Assembly (NCBI GenBank): GCA_963422665.1
Contig: OY730441.1
Coordinates: 715,411 to 779,410, forward strand
Source: Alphaproteobacteria bacterium
Lineage (GTDB): Bacteria > Pseudomonadota > Alphaproteobacteria > Bin95
DNA: 64,000 nt
Reading direction: 5' to 3'
Numbering within the stretch: position 1 is the first letter of the stretch; every line of letters starts with the position of its first letter. The notes beneath the pieces are model-generated. The model was given only the letters and a program-made list of their open reading frames with translations, made no database searches and had not been told where the DNA came from. Positions 41,385 to 51,621 of this stretch are shown here, piece after piece. Made by a program: the position numbers and the translations under genes.

Positions 41385-42863
41385 ATGGCGGGCGCGGCCA
41401 AGGACGCCGCCGAGCATCTGGCGAGCCTTGACGACGGCCGCGCCGTCTGGCTGGACGGCGCCCGTGTCGAGAAGCCGTCCGAGCACCCCGCCTTCCGCAA
41501 TGCGGCGCGCTCCGCCGCCGGGCTGTACGGCTACCAGGCGGCCTCCGCAAATCTGGAGGCCATGACCTTCCCCTCCCCGGCCGGCGCACGGCGGGTCAAC
41601 CGCGCCTGGCAGATGCCGACTTCGCTGGAGGAACTCGCGCAGCGCCGCCGCGCGCTCACCGCCTGGGCCGAATGCCATGCGGGTTTCATGGGCCGGGCGC
41701 CCGACCATCTGGCGTCCGCCGTCACCGGGCAGATCATGGGGCTGGAGATATTCGAGGCGCACAACCCGGCCCGCGCGCGCGCCTTCCGCGACTATTTCGT
41801 CCATGCGCGCGACAGCGACCTCTACCTCACCTATGTGATCGTGAACCCGCAGCTCGACCGCTCGAAGAGCACGGGCGAGCAAGGAGACGACAGCCCGATG
41901 CTCCGCATCGTGGACGAGGACGCGGAAGGGGTGACGGTGCGCGGCGGCAAGATGCTCGGCACCGCGGCGATCCTGGCAAACGAGCTGTTTGTCGCGCATC
42001 TCCAGCCGCTGAAGCCGGACGAGGAGGACTATGCGGTCAGTTTCGCGGTCCCGATGGCGGCGAGGGGCCTGAAGCTGCTTGCGCGCAAATCCTATGAAGG
42101 CCGCGCACTCTCGACCTTCGACGACCCGCTCGCCTCGCGCTTCGACGAGAATGACGGGCTGGTCTGGTTCGACGATGTCAAGGTGCCGTGGGAGCGCGTC
42201 TTCGTCCATCGCAGCCCGGCCATGTGCGCGCGCCAGTTCCACGCCACGCCCGGCCATATCTACCAGAACTACCAGGCGCAGATCCGCCTCGCGGTGAAGT
42301 TCAGATTCCTTGTCGGGCTGGCGCGGCGCATCTGCGAGACCATTGGCACCGCGAAGATGCCGCCGGTCGCCGAAACGCTCGGCCTGCTGGCCGCGCAGGC
42401 GACGGCCGTCGAGACCATGCTTTACGGCATGGAGGCGAAAGGCAGCCGGCGCGGCCGGTATTTCGTGCCGGATGCGCATTCCGTCTATGCCGCCCAGACC
42501 TACTGCCAGGCGCTCTATCCGCGCATGGTCGAGCGGGTGCGCGGGCTCGCCGGCGGCGCGCTCATCATGCTGCCCTCCTCCGAGCGCGACCTCGCCGACC
42601 CCGAACTCGCCGGCATCCTGCAAAGCGTGCAGCAGTCGGCGGACGGCGCGCCGCCGGTCGAGCGCATGCGGCTGATGAAGCTCGCCTGGGATGCGCTCGG
42701 CTCCGAATTCGCCGGACGGCAGACGCAATACGAGATGTTCTATGCCGGCGCGCCGTTCGTGACGCGCGGGCACGCCTTCCGCACCTATGACTGGGAGGGG
42801 GCCGAAGCGCTGGTCGCGGCCGTCTCCGGCTCTGCCGCCGAAACGAGGACCGAACGGCCATGA
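41385..42863 (+). CDS. HpaB-family flavin-dependent monooxygenase oxygenase component (4-hydroxyphenylacetate 3-hydroxylase-like)
   Basis: 492 aa, with HpaB/4-HBD-family architecture. Confidence 0.75.
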   Translation: MAGAAKDAAEHLASLDDGRAVWLDGARVEKPSEHPAFRNAARSAAGLYGYQAASANLEAMTFPSPAGARRVNRAWQMPTSLEELAQRRRALTAWAECHAGFMGRAPDHLASAVTGQIMGLEIFEAHNPARARAFRDYFVHARDSDLYLTYVIVNPQLDRSKSTGEQGDDSPMLRIVDEDAEGVTVRGGKMLGTAAILANELFVAHLQPLKPDEEDYAVSFAVPMAARGLKLLARKSYEGRALSTFDDPLASRFDENDGLVWFDDVKVPWERVFVHRSPAMCARQFHATPGHIYQNYQAQIRLAVKFRFLVGLARRICETIGTAKMPPVAETLGLLAAQATAVETMLYGMEAKGSRRGRYFVPDAHSVYAAQTYCQALYPRMVERVRGLAGGALIMLPSSERDLADPELAGILQSVQQSADGAPPVERMRLMKLAWDALGSEFAGRQTQYEMFYAGAPFVTRGHAFRTYDWEGAEALVAAVSGSAAETRTERP

Positions 42864-43990
42864 AATTCAGCTTTTCCGAGGAGCAGACCGAGTTTCGCAA
42901 CATGCTCCGCCGTTTCCTGAGCGACCGCTCGCCGACGACCGAGGTGCGCCGCGTCATGGAGACCGGGTCCGGCTACGACCCCGAGGTCTGGCGGATGATG
43001 GCGGAGGAGTTGGGCGTCACCGCGATCCACATCTCCGAGGCCTTTGGCGGGGCCGGCTTCGGCATTTCGGAGCTCGCCATCGCCGCCGAGGAGGCGGGCC
43101 GCGCGCTCCTGCCCTCTCCCTTTTTCGGCTCCACGGTCATGGCGGCGACCGCCATTGCCGAGGCGGGAACCGATGCCCAGAAGCAGGCCCTCCTGCCCGG
43201 TATTGCAAACGGCGGGACGATCGCGGCGCTCGCCGCCGCCGAGCCCGGAATCGGGTGGAATGCCGACGCCTTCGCCGCGGCCGCCCGCCCGGACAACGGC
43301 TCCTGGCGGCTGACGGGGCGCAAGAGCTATGTGCTGGACGGCATGGCCGCGAGCCTTGTCGTCGCGGCTGCCAGGCTGCCGGACGGCAAGCTCGGCCTGT
43401 TCAGCCTGCCGGCCGAGAGCGGCGGGCTCGCGCGCCGGCCGCTGCAATCCATGGACCCGACGCGCCGGCTGGCGCAGATGGACTTCGACGGCGCCGCGGC
43501 CGAACTGCTCGGCGGACCGGAGGCCGGCGATCCGGCCTGGGCGCGGACGCTCGACATCGCCGCCGTCTGCCTTGCCGGGGAGATGGTCGGCGGCGCGGAG
43601 CGGCTGCGCGAGGACGCACTCGAATATGTCTCCATGCGGATGCAATTCGGACGCTCCATCGCTTCCTTCCAGGTCACCAAGCACAAGGCGGCGGACATGC
43701 TGCTGGAGGTCGAGCTCGCCAAGGCCGCCGCCTACTATGCCGCCGCCGCGGCCGACGGCGTTGACGAAGAGGTGGACCAGCCGCTCGCCGCGCTCGCCGC
43801 GCTCGCCAAGGCGGCGGCCTCCGACACCTACATGCAGACCGCCATCCATGCCGTGCAGATGCATGGCGGCATCGGCTTCACCCATGACAACGACACCCAG
43901 CTCTGGTTCAAGCGCGCCAAGGCGAGCGAGGCCTTCCTCGGCAGCGCCGCCGACCACCGCGAACGCATGCTGCAGCACTGGAACGCCTGA
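42860..43990 (+). CDS. acyl-CoA dehydrogenase family protein
   Basis: 376 aa (...QMHGGIGFTHDNDTQLWFKRA). Confidence 0.85.
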   Translation: MKFSFSEEQTEFRNMLRRFLSDRSPTTEVRRVMETGSGYDPEVWRMMAEELGVTAIHISEAFGGAGFGISELAIAAEEAGRALLPSPFFGSTVMAATAIAEAGTDAQKQALLPGIANGGTIAALAAAEPGIGWNADAFAAAARPDNGSWRLTGRKSYVLDGMAASLVVAAARLPDGKLGLFSLPAESGGLARRPLQSMDPTRRLAQMDFDGAAAELLGGPEAGDPAWARTLDIAAVCLAGEMVGGAERLREDALEYVSMRMQFGRSIASFQVTKHKAADMLLEVELAKAAAYYAAAAADGVDEEVDQPLAALAALAKAAASDTYMQTAIHAVQMHGGIGFTHDNDTQLWFKRAKASEAFLGSAADHRERMLQHWNA

Positions 43991-43991
43991 C

Positions 43992-45248
43992 ATGACCGAC
44001 TACAGGGAAGACGAAATCCGCGCCGGGGTCCGCGCATGGCTAACGGAGAACTGGGACCCCGACCGGGGCCTCGTCGAATGGCGCAACATGCTGATCGAGT
44101 CCGGCTGGGGCGTGCCGCACTGGCCGAAGGAATGGCACGGGCGCGGCCTGCCCGTCGGCATGGCCCCCGTCGTCGAGGAGGAATTCGACAAACTGGGTGC
44201 GGTCGGCGTCGCCAGGATGGGCATTCGTACGCTCGCCGCCGCGACGATCCTCGAGCACGGCACCGACCTGCACAAGCAGCGCTTCCTGCGCGGCATCCTC
44301 ACGGGCGAGGAGACCTGGTGCCAGCTCTTCAGCGAGCCGGGCAGCGGGTCCGACCTCGCCGGGGCGGTGACGCGCGCCGACTTCCAGGGCGGCAGATGGA
44401 TCATCAACGGCCAGAAGGTCTGGAACACCGGCGCGCATCATGCCGATTTCGGCCTGCTGCTGGCGCGGACCGACTGGGATGCCGTCAAGCATCGGGGCCT
44501 CAGCTATTTCCTGCTCGACATGCGCCAGCCGGGCGTCGAGGTCCACCAGCTCAGACAGATGAACGGCCACGCCTCCTTCAACCAGGTGTTCTTCACCGAC
44601 GCCGTGGTCGAGCCGGAATACCGGATTGGCGGGATCGGCGAAGGCTGGAAGGTCGCGACGACCACGCTGATGCACGAGCGGCGCGGGGCCGACGGCGTGC
44701 GTCGCTACGCCACCGGCAGCGACCGGCCTGGGCGCATCCACGAGGAGGAGCGCGCCGAGGTCGCGACCGTCATGGCGCCCTATGTGTGGTACCCGCAGCG
44801 CACCGGCCGCGCCGACCTGCTGATCGAGCGCGCCAAAGCGGCGGGACGCTGGGACGACCCGGCGGTGCGCCAGGAGATCGCGAAGGCGCTGACGCTTGCG
44901 CGGACCGCCGAATGGACGGCCCGCCGCGCCCGCGAGGCGCAGCAGACGGGCCGGCCGCAGGGGCCGGAAGGCTCGATCGGCAAGCTCGCCGCCAGCATCG
45001 TTGCGCGGGCCTGCGCCAGGGCGCACACCATGATCGCCGGCCCGGACGCCATGCTGACGGGCGAGGACGACGGCACGGACGGCGTGGTCGCGGAAATCCT
45101 GGTCTCGACGCCCGCGATCTCGATTGCCGGCGGCACGGACGAGATCCAGCGCAACATCATCTCCGAGCGCATCCTCTCCATGCCCAAGGAGGTCCGCCAC
45201 GACACCGACCGCCCCTTCCGCGATGTGCCGCGAAACCAGGTCGGGTAA
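43992..45248 (+). CDS. acyl-CoA dehydrogenase family protein
   Basis: 418 aa (...SIAGGTDEIQRNIISERIL). Confidence 0.85.
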   Translation: MTDYREDEIRAGVRAWLTENWDPDRGLVEWRNMLIESGWGVPHWPKEWHGRGLPVGMAPVVEEEFDKLGAVGVARMGIRTLAAATILEHGTDLHKQRFLRGILTGEETWCQLFSEPGSGSDLAGAVTRADFQGGRWIINGQKVWNTGAHHADFGLLLARTDWDAVKHRGLSYFLLDMRQPGVEVHQLRQMNGHASFNQVFFTDAVVEPEYRIGGIGEGWKVATTTLMHERRGADGVRRYATGSDRPGRIHEEERAEVATVMAPYVWYPQRTGRADLLIERAKAAGRWDDPAVRQEIAKALTLARTAEWTARRAREAQQTGRPQGPEGSIGKLAASIVARACARAHTMIAGPDAMLTGEDDGTDGVVAEILVSTPAISIAGGTDEIQRNIISERILSMPKEVRHDTDRPFRDVPRNQVG

Positions 45249-45287
45249 ACGGAGGCAGCGGACACCGGCTTCACGAAAGACCCTGAA

Positions 45288-46035
45288 TGCGGGGAACCTG
45301 CAGGCGCTGGGCGCCGGGCGGCTTGCGGAACTGCTGATCGAGATCAGCGCCGGCGACGCAGTGGCGAAGCGGCGCCTCCGCCTCGAACTGGCCGGGCGCG
45401 AAAGTCCGGCCACGGTCGCATCGGAGGTCGAGAAGCGCCTGGCGGCGGTCGAACGGGCGCGCTCGTTCGTCGACAGGCGCCATGCCGGGGCGCTGGCGCG
45501 AGACCTGGATACGCAGCGCCGCGCCATTGCCGGCCCCGTAGCCAGCGGCAGGAAACGCGACGTCAGGCCGAGACCTTCGCAGACAGGGTCCTGGAAACGA
45601 TAACCGCCAATTGCTACGGCCAGTACGATTCCCTGATTCGCGTTCTGGCGCCGGCGTTGGGCGAGGCCGGTCTGGAGCACCCGCGGCAAGGGGTGACCGC
45701 CTTGCCGGAACAGCCGGCGCGCAGGCCGGACGACGGCGAACGAGAGGGGGGACGAACCGAGCGGCAGTTATTGCGAGTATCTTGTCCCGGCTGCGGAAGC
45801 CCTGGCCGACGGGCACCCCCTGGCTGCAACGCTGGTGCTGCGGGTCATGATCGGTTTCGCGCTGGAGAAGGGTCGATCCGCGCACTACGCACATGCGGCG
45901 CAGCATCTTGCGGAATGCGCGAACCTTGCGCATGGAATTGAAGAATTCTCGCCCTTCGAAACTCATGCCGATTACGAATCGAGGCTGCGCCAGGAACATG
46001 GGCGCAAATGGGCATTCTGGAGCCTGATTGGATAA
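45288..46035 (+). pseudogene. conserved hypothetical gene split across three frames (homopolymer-associated shifts)
   Basis: The ATG at 45288 joins the long frame (..GNLQALGAGRLAELLIEISAGDAVAKRRLRLELAG..) if the G4 run at 45292..45295 were G5. Further shifts fall near 45560-45600 and at the G6 run at 45747..45752. The last frame ends ...AHGIEEFSPFETHADYESRLRQEHGRKWAFWSLIG*. Confidence 0.35.
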
Positions 46036-46382
46036 CCGGCTGCCTCACTCCCGCCGGCGGTTGCAGCCCTTGCCGGGCGGGACAATGGAGTGGGTCTTGA
46101 AATTTTGGAAATAATTCCTTAATGGGATTGGCTGCACAATATTGGTGCTAGAATGGGCTGGAGGGAAGCGGCGTCCGCGGACCGTCTTCCTTCGCCCCGG
46201 CCCAGCGCCGGACCGACTCCGATTCAGCCAGCGGGTGAAGTGCGCCCGCCGTTCGGCTCGCGCGCGCCATCAGGCGCGCAAGACGCGTAAGAACGCCCCC
46301 GCGATACGCGCGAAACAGGGTCGGTCCGATACCGCAGCCGACGCCCGGAGCGAACACCAGCGGAACGAAGGAGCCGCCGCCC

Positions 46383-46676
46383 ATGCCGTTGATCGACCGG
46401 GCCGTCGCGCTGTCCACAAGGCAGGAAGCCTTCTGCCGCCACTTCACCGTCTCCGGCTACGCCGAACGCTCCGCCCGCCAGACCGGCTCCGCCCTGCTGG
46501 AGCGGCCCTGGATCGTCGAGCGCGTGCGCCGCATCCGCATGTCGTGGAAGCGCACCGAACGGGGCGAGGCCTGCTGGCCCCGCAAGGGGCCATTCGACCC
46601 CGACGAACCGGACGACACGGACTGGCCGGACGGCTTCGACGACGGCGATTTCCTGCCGGACCATGACAAAACATGA
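46383..46676 (+). CDS. phage terminase small-subunit-like HTH protein fragment
   Basis: LSTRQEAFCRHFTVSGYAERSARQTG resembles the Terminase_2 N-terminal motif (L..KQE.FC..Y...G....A....GY). It is only 97 aa. The RBS ggagcc precedes the ATG. Confidence 0.35.
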   Translation: MPLIDRAVALSTRQEAFCRHFTVSGYAERSARQTGSALLERPWIVERVRRIRMSWKRTERGEACWPRKGPFDPDEPDDTDWPDGFDDGDFLPDHDKT

Positions 46677-46687
46677 CATTCCATGAC
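46662..46687 (+). promoter_or_regulatory. three direct CATGAC hexamers at exact 10-bp spacing
   Basis: CATGACaaaaCATGACattcCATGAC. The reverse complement of the 62089..62114 array matches it closely. Confidence 0.5.
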
Positions 46688-46695
46688 ATATCGCC

Positions 46696-46709
46696 GGGGG
46701 GGGGGGGGG
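46696..46709. repeat. G14 homopolymer tract
   Basis: Fourteen consecutive G, 23 bp after the CATGAC array and upstream of modA. Confidence 0.9.
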
Positions 46710-46922
46710 TCCTTGCCGCCCGGTCGAGAGGCAGGCCCTCCCTCGTCGCCTCGGACGCCCGCAGAGCCTGCCCCGGACCCGATCCGGGGCCTCATGCAAC
46801 AGGACTCCGATTCGCGAAGGCCCCGGATTCCCCGCTCGGAGGCGGGGACAGGCAAGGTCGGGACGAAGAATTGGGGGAGGCCCCGGATCGCGGCCTGTCC
46901 GGGGCGATGAGGGAGCGCGGCC

Positions 46923-47765
46923 TTGCCGGGCCGGCGGAAAAAGGCCAATTGGCCGCATCGCCGGGGAGCGCCGCCTTTGCCGTTTTCATCCGTCCGCCGC
47001 CGCCTGCTCGGGCTTGCCGCCGGCCTGGCGCTCGGCCCGGGCTTCGCCGCGCCCGGTTTCGGGGCGGACAGGATTACGGTTTTCGCCGCGGCCAGTTTGA
47101 AGAACGCGATGGACGAAATCTCCGCCGGCTTCGAGCGGGAGACGAGCCATGCCGTCGCCGTCTCGCTTGCCGGCTCGTCGGCGCTCGCCCGCCAGATCCG
47201 GCACGGCGCGCCGGCGGACATCTTCATTTCCGCCAATCCGGGCTGGATGGATTCGCTGGAGCGGGAGGGACTCATCGACCCGGCAAGCCGCTTCGACCTG
47301 CTGGGCAACGCCCTCGTGCTGGTCGCCCACGGCCGGGATGCGGCGAAGATGGAGATCGGACCGGGCCTGGACCTCGCCGTCATGCTGGGCGAAGGCCGCC
47401 TCGCCATGACGCTCGTGGATGCAGTGCCCGCCGGGATTTACGGCAAGGCGGCGCTCGAATCGCTGGGCGTCTGGGAGGCCATTGCGCCGAAGGCGGCTCA
47501 GGCGGACAATGTCCGCGCCGCGCTGTCGCTGGTCTCTTCCGGCGAGGCGCCGATGGGCATCGTCTATGCCACCGACGCCGCGGCCGACGACAACGTGACT
47601 GTCGTGGGCGCCTTCCCGGCGGATACCCACCCGCCTATCGTCTATCCCGCCGCCGCCATGGCCGCGAGCCGCAGCCCGCTCACGGCGCGCTTCCTCGCCT
47701 GGCTTCGCGGACCCGTCGCGCGAAAGGCATTCGAGCGGCAAGGCTTTACCGTCGCCTTCGAGTAG
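46923..47765 (+). CDS. modA: molybdate ABC transporter substrate-binding protein
   Basis: It has a signal peptide region (RRRLLGLAAGLALG) and a ModA fold. The true start may be a downstream TTG/GTG near 46975-46990. Confidence 0.82.
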   Translation: MPGRRKKANWPHRRGAPPLPFSSVRRRLLGLAAGLALGPGFAAPGFGADRITVFAAASLKNAMDEISAGFERETSHAVAVSLAGSSALARQIRHGAPADIFISANPGWMDSLEREGLIDPASRFDLLGNALVLVAHGRDAAKMEIGPGLDLAVMLGEGRLAMTLVDAVPAGIYGKAALESLGVWEAIAPKAAQADNVRAALSLVSSGEAPMGIVYATDAAADDNVTVVGAFPADTHPPIVYPAAAMAASRSPLTARFLAWLRGPVARKAFERQGFTVAFE

Positions 47766-47774
47766 AATTACGGC

Positions 47775-48467
47775 ATGGACTGGTTGAGCCCCGAGGAGTG
47801 GCAGGCGGTCGCGCTGTCCCTGCGCGTCGCATTCTGGGCAACGCTTGGGAGCCTGCCGCTCGGGGTGCTGACCGCCTATGCGCTTGCGCGCTGGCGCTTT
47901 CCCGGCCGGCAGCTCCTGAACGGGCTGGTGCATCTGCCGCTCATCCTGCCCCCGGTGGCGACTGGATACCTACTGCTGCTGGTATTCGGCGCGCGCGGGC
48001 CGCTCGGCAGCCTCTTGCAGGAGGTCGGCATCGTCTTCGCCTTCCGCTGGACAGGCGCGGCGCTGGCGGCGGCGGTCATGGCCTTTCCGCTGATGGTGCG
48101 CGCTATCCGGCTTTCCATCGAGGCGGTGGACCCGAGGCTCGAACAGGCGAGCGCCACGCTCGGCGCCGCCGGCCCCTGGGCCTTCGCGACCGTGACGCTG
48201 CCGCTCGTCCTGCCCGGCATCCTCGCGGGCGCGATCCTCGCCTTCGCCAAGGCGATGGGCGAGTTCGGCGCCACGATCACCTTCGTTTCCAATATCCCCG
48301 GCCAGACGCAGACCCTGCCGACGGCGATCTACGCCTTCCTCCAGGTGCCCGGCGGCGAGGCGTCGGCGCTCCGGCTGGTCGGAATCGCGGCCGCCGTGTC
48401 CATGGCGGCGCTGCTTCTCTCCGAGCTCGTTGCGCGGCGCGTGGCGAGAAGAGTGGCCGGCGCATGA
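47775..48467 (+). CDS. modB: molybdate ABC transporter permease
   Basis: 230 aa. It has the EAA loop (EAVDPRLEQASATLGA). Confidence 0.85.
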   Translation: MDWLSPEEWQAVALSLRVAFWATLGSLPLGVLTAYALARWRFPGRQLLNGLVHLPLILPPVATGYLLLLVFGARGPLGSLLQEVGIVFAFRWTGAALAAAVMAFPLMVRAIRLSIEAVDPRLEQASATLGAAGPWAFATVTLPLVLPGILAGAILAFAKAMGEFGATITFVSNIPGQTQTLPTAIYAFLQVPGGEASALRLVGIAAAVSMAALLLSELVARRVARRVAGA

Positions 48468-49549
48468 CGCTTTCCGTGACCCTGCGCCACGCTTTCCCCG
48501 ATTTCGATCTGGATATTTCCTTCGAGGCGCCGCCGGGCGTGACCGTGCTCTTCGGCCGCTCCGGCTCCGGCAAGACGACGACCGTCAACACCGTCGCGGG
48601 GCTGCTCCGGCCGGAGTCGGGGCGCGCGGTCGCAGACGGATGGGTGCTGTTCGACACGGAGCGCGGCGCGTGGCTGCCGCCGCATCGCCGCCGGCTCGGC
48701 TACATCTTCCAGGAGGGGCGGCTGTTCCCGCATCTCACCGTGCGCCAGAACCTGCTTTACGGCCGCTGGTTCGCACCGAAGGCCGGGCCGCGCGAGGATA
48801 TGGGGCGCATTGTCGAAATGCTCGGCATCGGGCATTTGCTGGGCCGCCGGCCCGGCGCGCTGTCGAGCGGGGAGAAGCAGCGGGTCGCGATCGGTCGCGC
48901 GCTGCTGGCGAGCCCCCGGCTCATTCTCGCCGACGAGCCGCTCGCCTCGCTGGACGAGGACAGGAAGGCGGAAATCCTGCCCTATTTCGAGCGCCTGCGG
49001 GACGAGGTGTCGGTACCCGTGCTCTATGTCAGCCACTCGGCGGCGGAGGTGGCGCGGCTTGCGACCACCGTCATCGCCTTGCAGGACGGAAAGGCGGTGC
49101 GCCAAGGGCCGGCGGTCGAGGTGCTGGGCGACCCCACGGTCACACCGGTGGGCGCGCGGGGCGCAGGCGCGGTGCTGGAGGCGGCGGTCGTCCGCCACCA
49201 TGCCGACGGGCTGTCGGAGATCGAGGCCGGCGGCGTCCGGCTGTTCCTGCCGAGGGCGCCGCATACGCCCGGCAGCCGCATCAGGGTCCGGATCGCGGCG
49301 CATGAGGTGCTGTTATCGCGAAAGCAGCCCGAAGGCCTGTCGGCGCTGAACATCCTGCCGGGCACGGTCGAATCGGTGCGGGCGGGCGACGGGCCGGGCG
49401 CCATCGTCTCGGTACGCACGGCCGCCGGTACGATCCTGTCCCGCTCGACCCGCCGTTCGACCGAGGCGCTGGGCCTGGCGGAAGGTGTGCGCTGCCACGC
49501 CGTCATCAAGACCGTCGCCATCGCCCCGGAAGGGGTGGGCGGTGCCTGA
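48464..49549 (+). CDS. modC: molybdate ABC transporter ATP-binding protein with C-terminal TOBE domain
   Basis: It has Walker A (GRSGSGKTT), the signature LSGGEKQRV and Walker B (ILADEPLASLD). Its ATG overlaps the modB stop. Confidence 0.85.
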   Translation: MTLSVTLRHAFPDFDLDISFEAPPGVTVLFGRSGSGKTTTVNTVAGLLRPESGRAVADGWVLFDTERGAWLPPHRRRLGYIFQEGRLFPHLTVRQNLLYGRWFAPKAGPREDMGRIVEMLGIGHLLGRRPGALSSGEKQRVAIGRALLASPRLILADEPLASLDEDRKAEILPYFERLRDEVSVPVLYVSHSAAEVARLATTVIALQDGKAVRQGPAVEVLGDPTVTPVGARGAGAVLEAAVVRHHADGLSEIEAGGVRLFLPRAPHTPGSRIRVRIAAHEVLLSRKQPEGLSALNILPGTVESVRAGDGPGAIVSVRTAAGTILSRSTRRSTEALGLAEGVRCHAVIKTVAIAPEGVGGA

Positions 49550-49578
49550 CTGAGATTGAGCCGCGCCGTTGCTGCGGG

Positions 49579-50727
49579 CTATCCGCTGCCATGCGAGGAG
49601 CCGGGCCGATGCCTGCGCCGGATATGGACGCGCATTCCTTCCGCCGCCAGGCCCGCGAGCAAGCCGGCCAGCGCGCCCAAGAATACCGTCGCGAGCGCGG
49701 CGGCGGCGATGACCGGCCGGCAGTCCGGGCGAGCGTCGAGCAGTCTCGGACTCAGGGTCAGGTCGGCCGCCGCATAGACCAGGAGCGCGCCGACGACGGC
49801 CGGCGGGATCGACATGAGCAGCCCGACAACCTCCGGCCCCGCCGCGGCGGCGGCGCAGCAGGAGGCCGCCATGATCAGCGGCGCCCCGATGCCGCGCGCG
49901 CCGAACCTTCGATGGGCGGCAATGCCGCCGGCCCCGTGGCACATCGGCATGGCGCCGAGCGGCGCCAGCAGGAGGTTCATCAGGCCGTTCGTGGCGGCGA
50001 GCCTTCGTTCGCTCACCCGTGCGGCCCGGTCGGGATAGAGCGCACGGGCGACCGCGGCGGCGACCACCACGGCGTTGAGCAGCGTCAGCGGCAATTGCGC
50101 AAGCACGCCTGAAAGCACGGCATGGACGGAGCCGATGCCTCCGGCGGGAGCCGCCGAAGGCATCGGCGGCCCTGCATGGGGAACCAGCAGCACGGCGCCG
50201 ACAACGACAAGCGGAACCCACGGCCCCCGCGGCAGAAGAAAGGCGAGCGAGAGTGTGGCGAGCGAAACCAGGGCCATGGTCCAGTCATGGCCCATCAGGC
50301 CGAAGGCCACCGTTCCGAGCATGAGGCCGAGCCCCGCCTGAAGACCCGTGACCACCGACTGGGGAATGGCGCGCGCCACCCGTTCGAACGACGGGACGGC
50401 TGCGAGCAGGAGGAGGACCGCTCCGACGATGCCGCCCGCCCAGGCGGTTTCGACGGCGGTGAGGCCGCCCGCAACGATCACGGCGCCGAGCGCCTTCATC
50501 GGCTGGACGGATACGGGTATCCGGTAGATGGCGGCGACGAGGACATACCCGGCCGCGAACCCGGCGAACACCGGCGTCGGCGCGAGAATGCCGGCGCCCA
50601 CCGCGGCCACGACATAAGGCAGGAAGGTGCCCAGATCGCCGAATGCGCCCGACAACTCCCCGCTTGCCGACCGCAGGCGCTCCAGGCGCCCGGCGTCTTG
50701 TCCTTCGAACCCGGGCATCTTCGGCAT
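49579..50727 (-). CDS. putative sulfate/molybdate transporter (MOT1-like permease)
   Basis: 382 aa, polytopic and alanine/glycine-rich. It is convergent with modC. Confidence 0.55.
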   Translation of the reverse strand: MPKMPGFEGQDAGRLERLRSASGELSGAFGDLGTFLPYVVAAVGAGILAPTPVFAGFAAGYVLVAAIYRIPVSVQPMKALGAVIVAGGLTAVETAWAGGIVGAVLLLLAAVPSFERVARAIPQSVVTGLQAGLGLMLGTVAFGLMGHDWTMALVSLATLSLAFLLPRGPWVPLVVVGAVLLVPHAGPPMPSAAPAGGIGSVHAVLSGVLAQLPLTLLNAVVVAAAVARALYPDRAARVSERRLAATNGLMNLLLAPLGAMPMCHGAGGIAAHRRFGARGIGAPLIMAASCCAAAAAGPEVVGLLMSIPPAVVGALLVYAAADLTLSPRLLDARPDCRPVIAAAALATVFLGALAGLLAGLAAEGMRVHIRRRHRPGSSHGSG

Positions 50728-50913
50728 CTTGTTGTTTTCGCGCCTGTCCGGCCTCGAAGCCTACAGGCCGGGACCGCCCTGCGAAAGGCCGGCCGGCCGA
50801 GCATCGCGGCGGCCATGATGTCCACAAGGGAAAGGCGCCGAAGTCGACTGCCTTTATTGTCGATTCAAGTCGTTTTTTGTGCTTTTCTTCCAGGTCGAGG
50901 GAGGAAATACAGG

Positions 50914-51621
50914 GTGGAAAGCTTCTGGCGGATACTCGGTGAGGCTGTGGGCCTGATCCTTGCTTGGGATTCCGACCTCATCGAAATCGTCGGCCTGTCG
51001 CTGCGGGTCACGCTTGCGGCCGTCGCCGTCTCCTGCGTCATCGGCCTGCCGCTCGGCGCGGCGGTAGGCGCGTTCCGGTTTCCCGGCCGGACGGCCGCGA
51101 TCGTCGTCCTCAACTCGCTGATGGGGCTGCCGCCCGTCGTGGTGGGGCTGATCGCCTATCTGATGCTGTCCGCTGCCGGGCCGCTCGGTCCGCTTCAGCT
51201 TCTCTACACCCCGGCGGCGATGATTATCGCGCAGACGATTCTCGTCACGCCGATCGTCGCGGCGCTGAGCCGGCAGGTCGTGGAGGACTGCTACCGCGAA
51301 TATGCCGAGCAGTTCGACTCGCTCGGCGTGGCCCCCCTCGACCGGGCGGCCGCGCTGTTGCGGGACGCGCGCTACAGCCTCCTCACCGTGGCGCTTGCCG
51401 GTTTCGGCCGCGCGGTGGCGGAGGTGGGCGCGGTCATCATCGTCGGCGGGAACATCAATCATGTGACCCGCGTGATGACCACGACGATTGCGCTGGAGAC
51501 CTCCAGGGGCAATCTGGAACTCGCGCTTGCGCTCGGCGTAGTGCTCCTCGCCATCGCCGTGGCCGTCAACGGGGCCGCCATGACGCTCCGGGCGTCGGCT
51601 GTGCGGATGGCCTATGCTTGA
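50914..51621 (+). CDS. tupB: ABC transporter permease, tungstate/molybdate TupB-like
   Basis: 235 aa. GTG start. BPD_transp_1-type permease. Confidence 0.7.
   Translation: MESFWRILGEAVGLILAWDSDLIEIVGLSLRVTLAAVAVSCVIGLPLGAAVGAFRFPGRTAAIVVLNSLMGLPPVVVGLIAYLMLSAAGPLGPLQLLYTPAAMIIAQTILVTPIVAALSRQVVEDCYREYAEQFDSLGVAPLDRAAALLRDARYSLLTVALAGFGRAVAEVGAVIIVGGNINHVTRVMTTTIALETSRGNLELALALGVVLLAIAVAVNGAAMTLRASAVRMAYA

Noticed and set aside
46108-46130. Sigma-54-like promoter TGGCTGCACAATATTGGTGC in the AT-rich patch
   Set aside because: The spacing between the GG and GC elements is off by 2 nt from the -24/-12 consensus.
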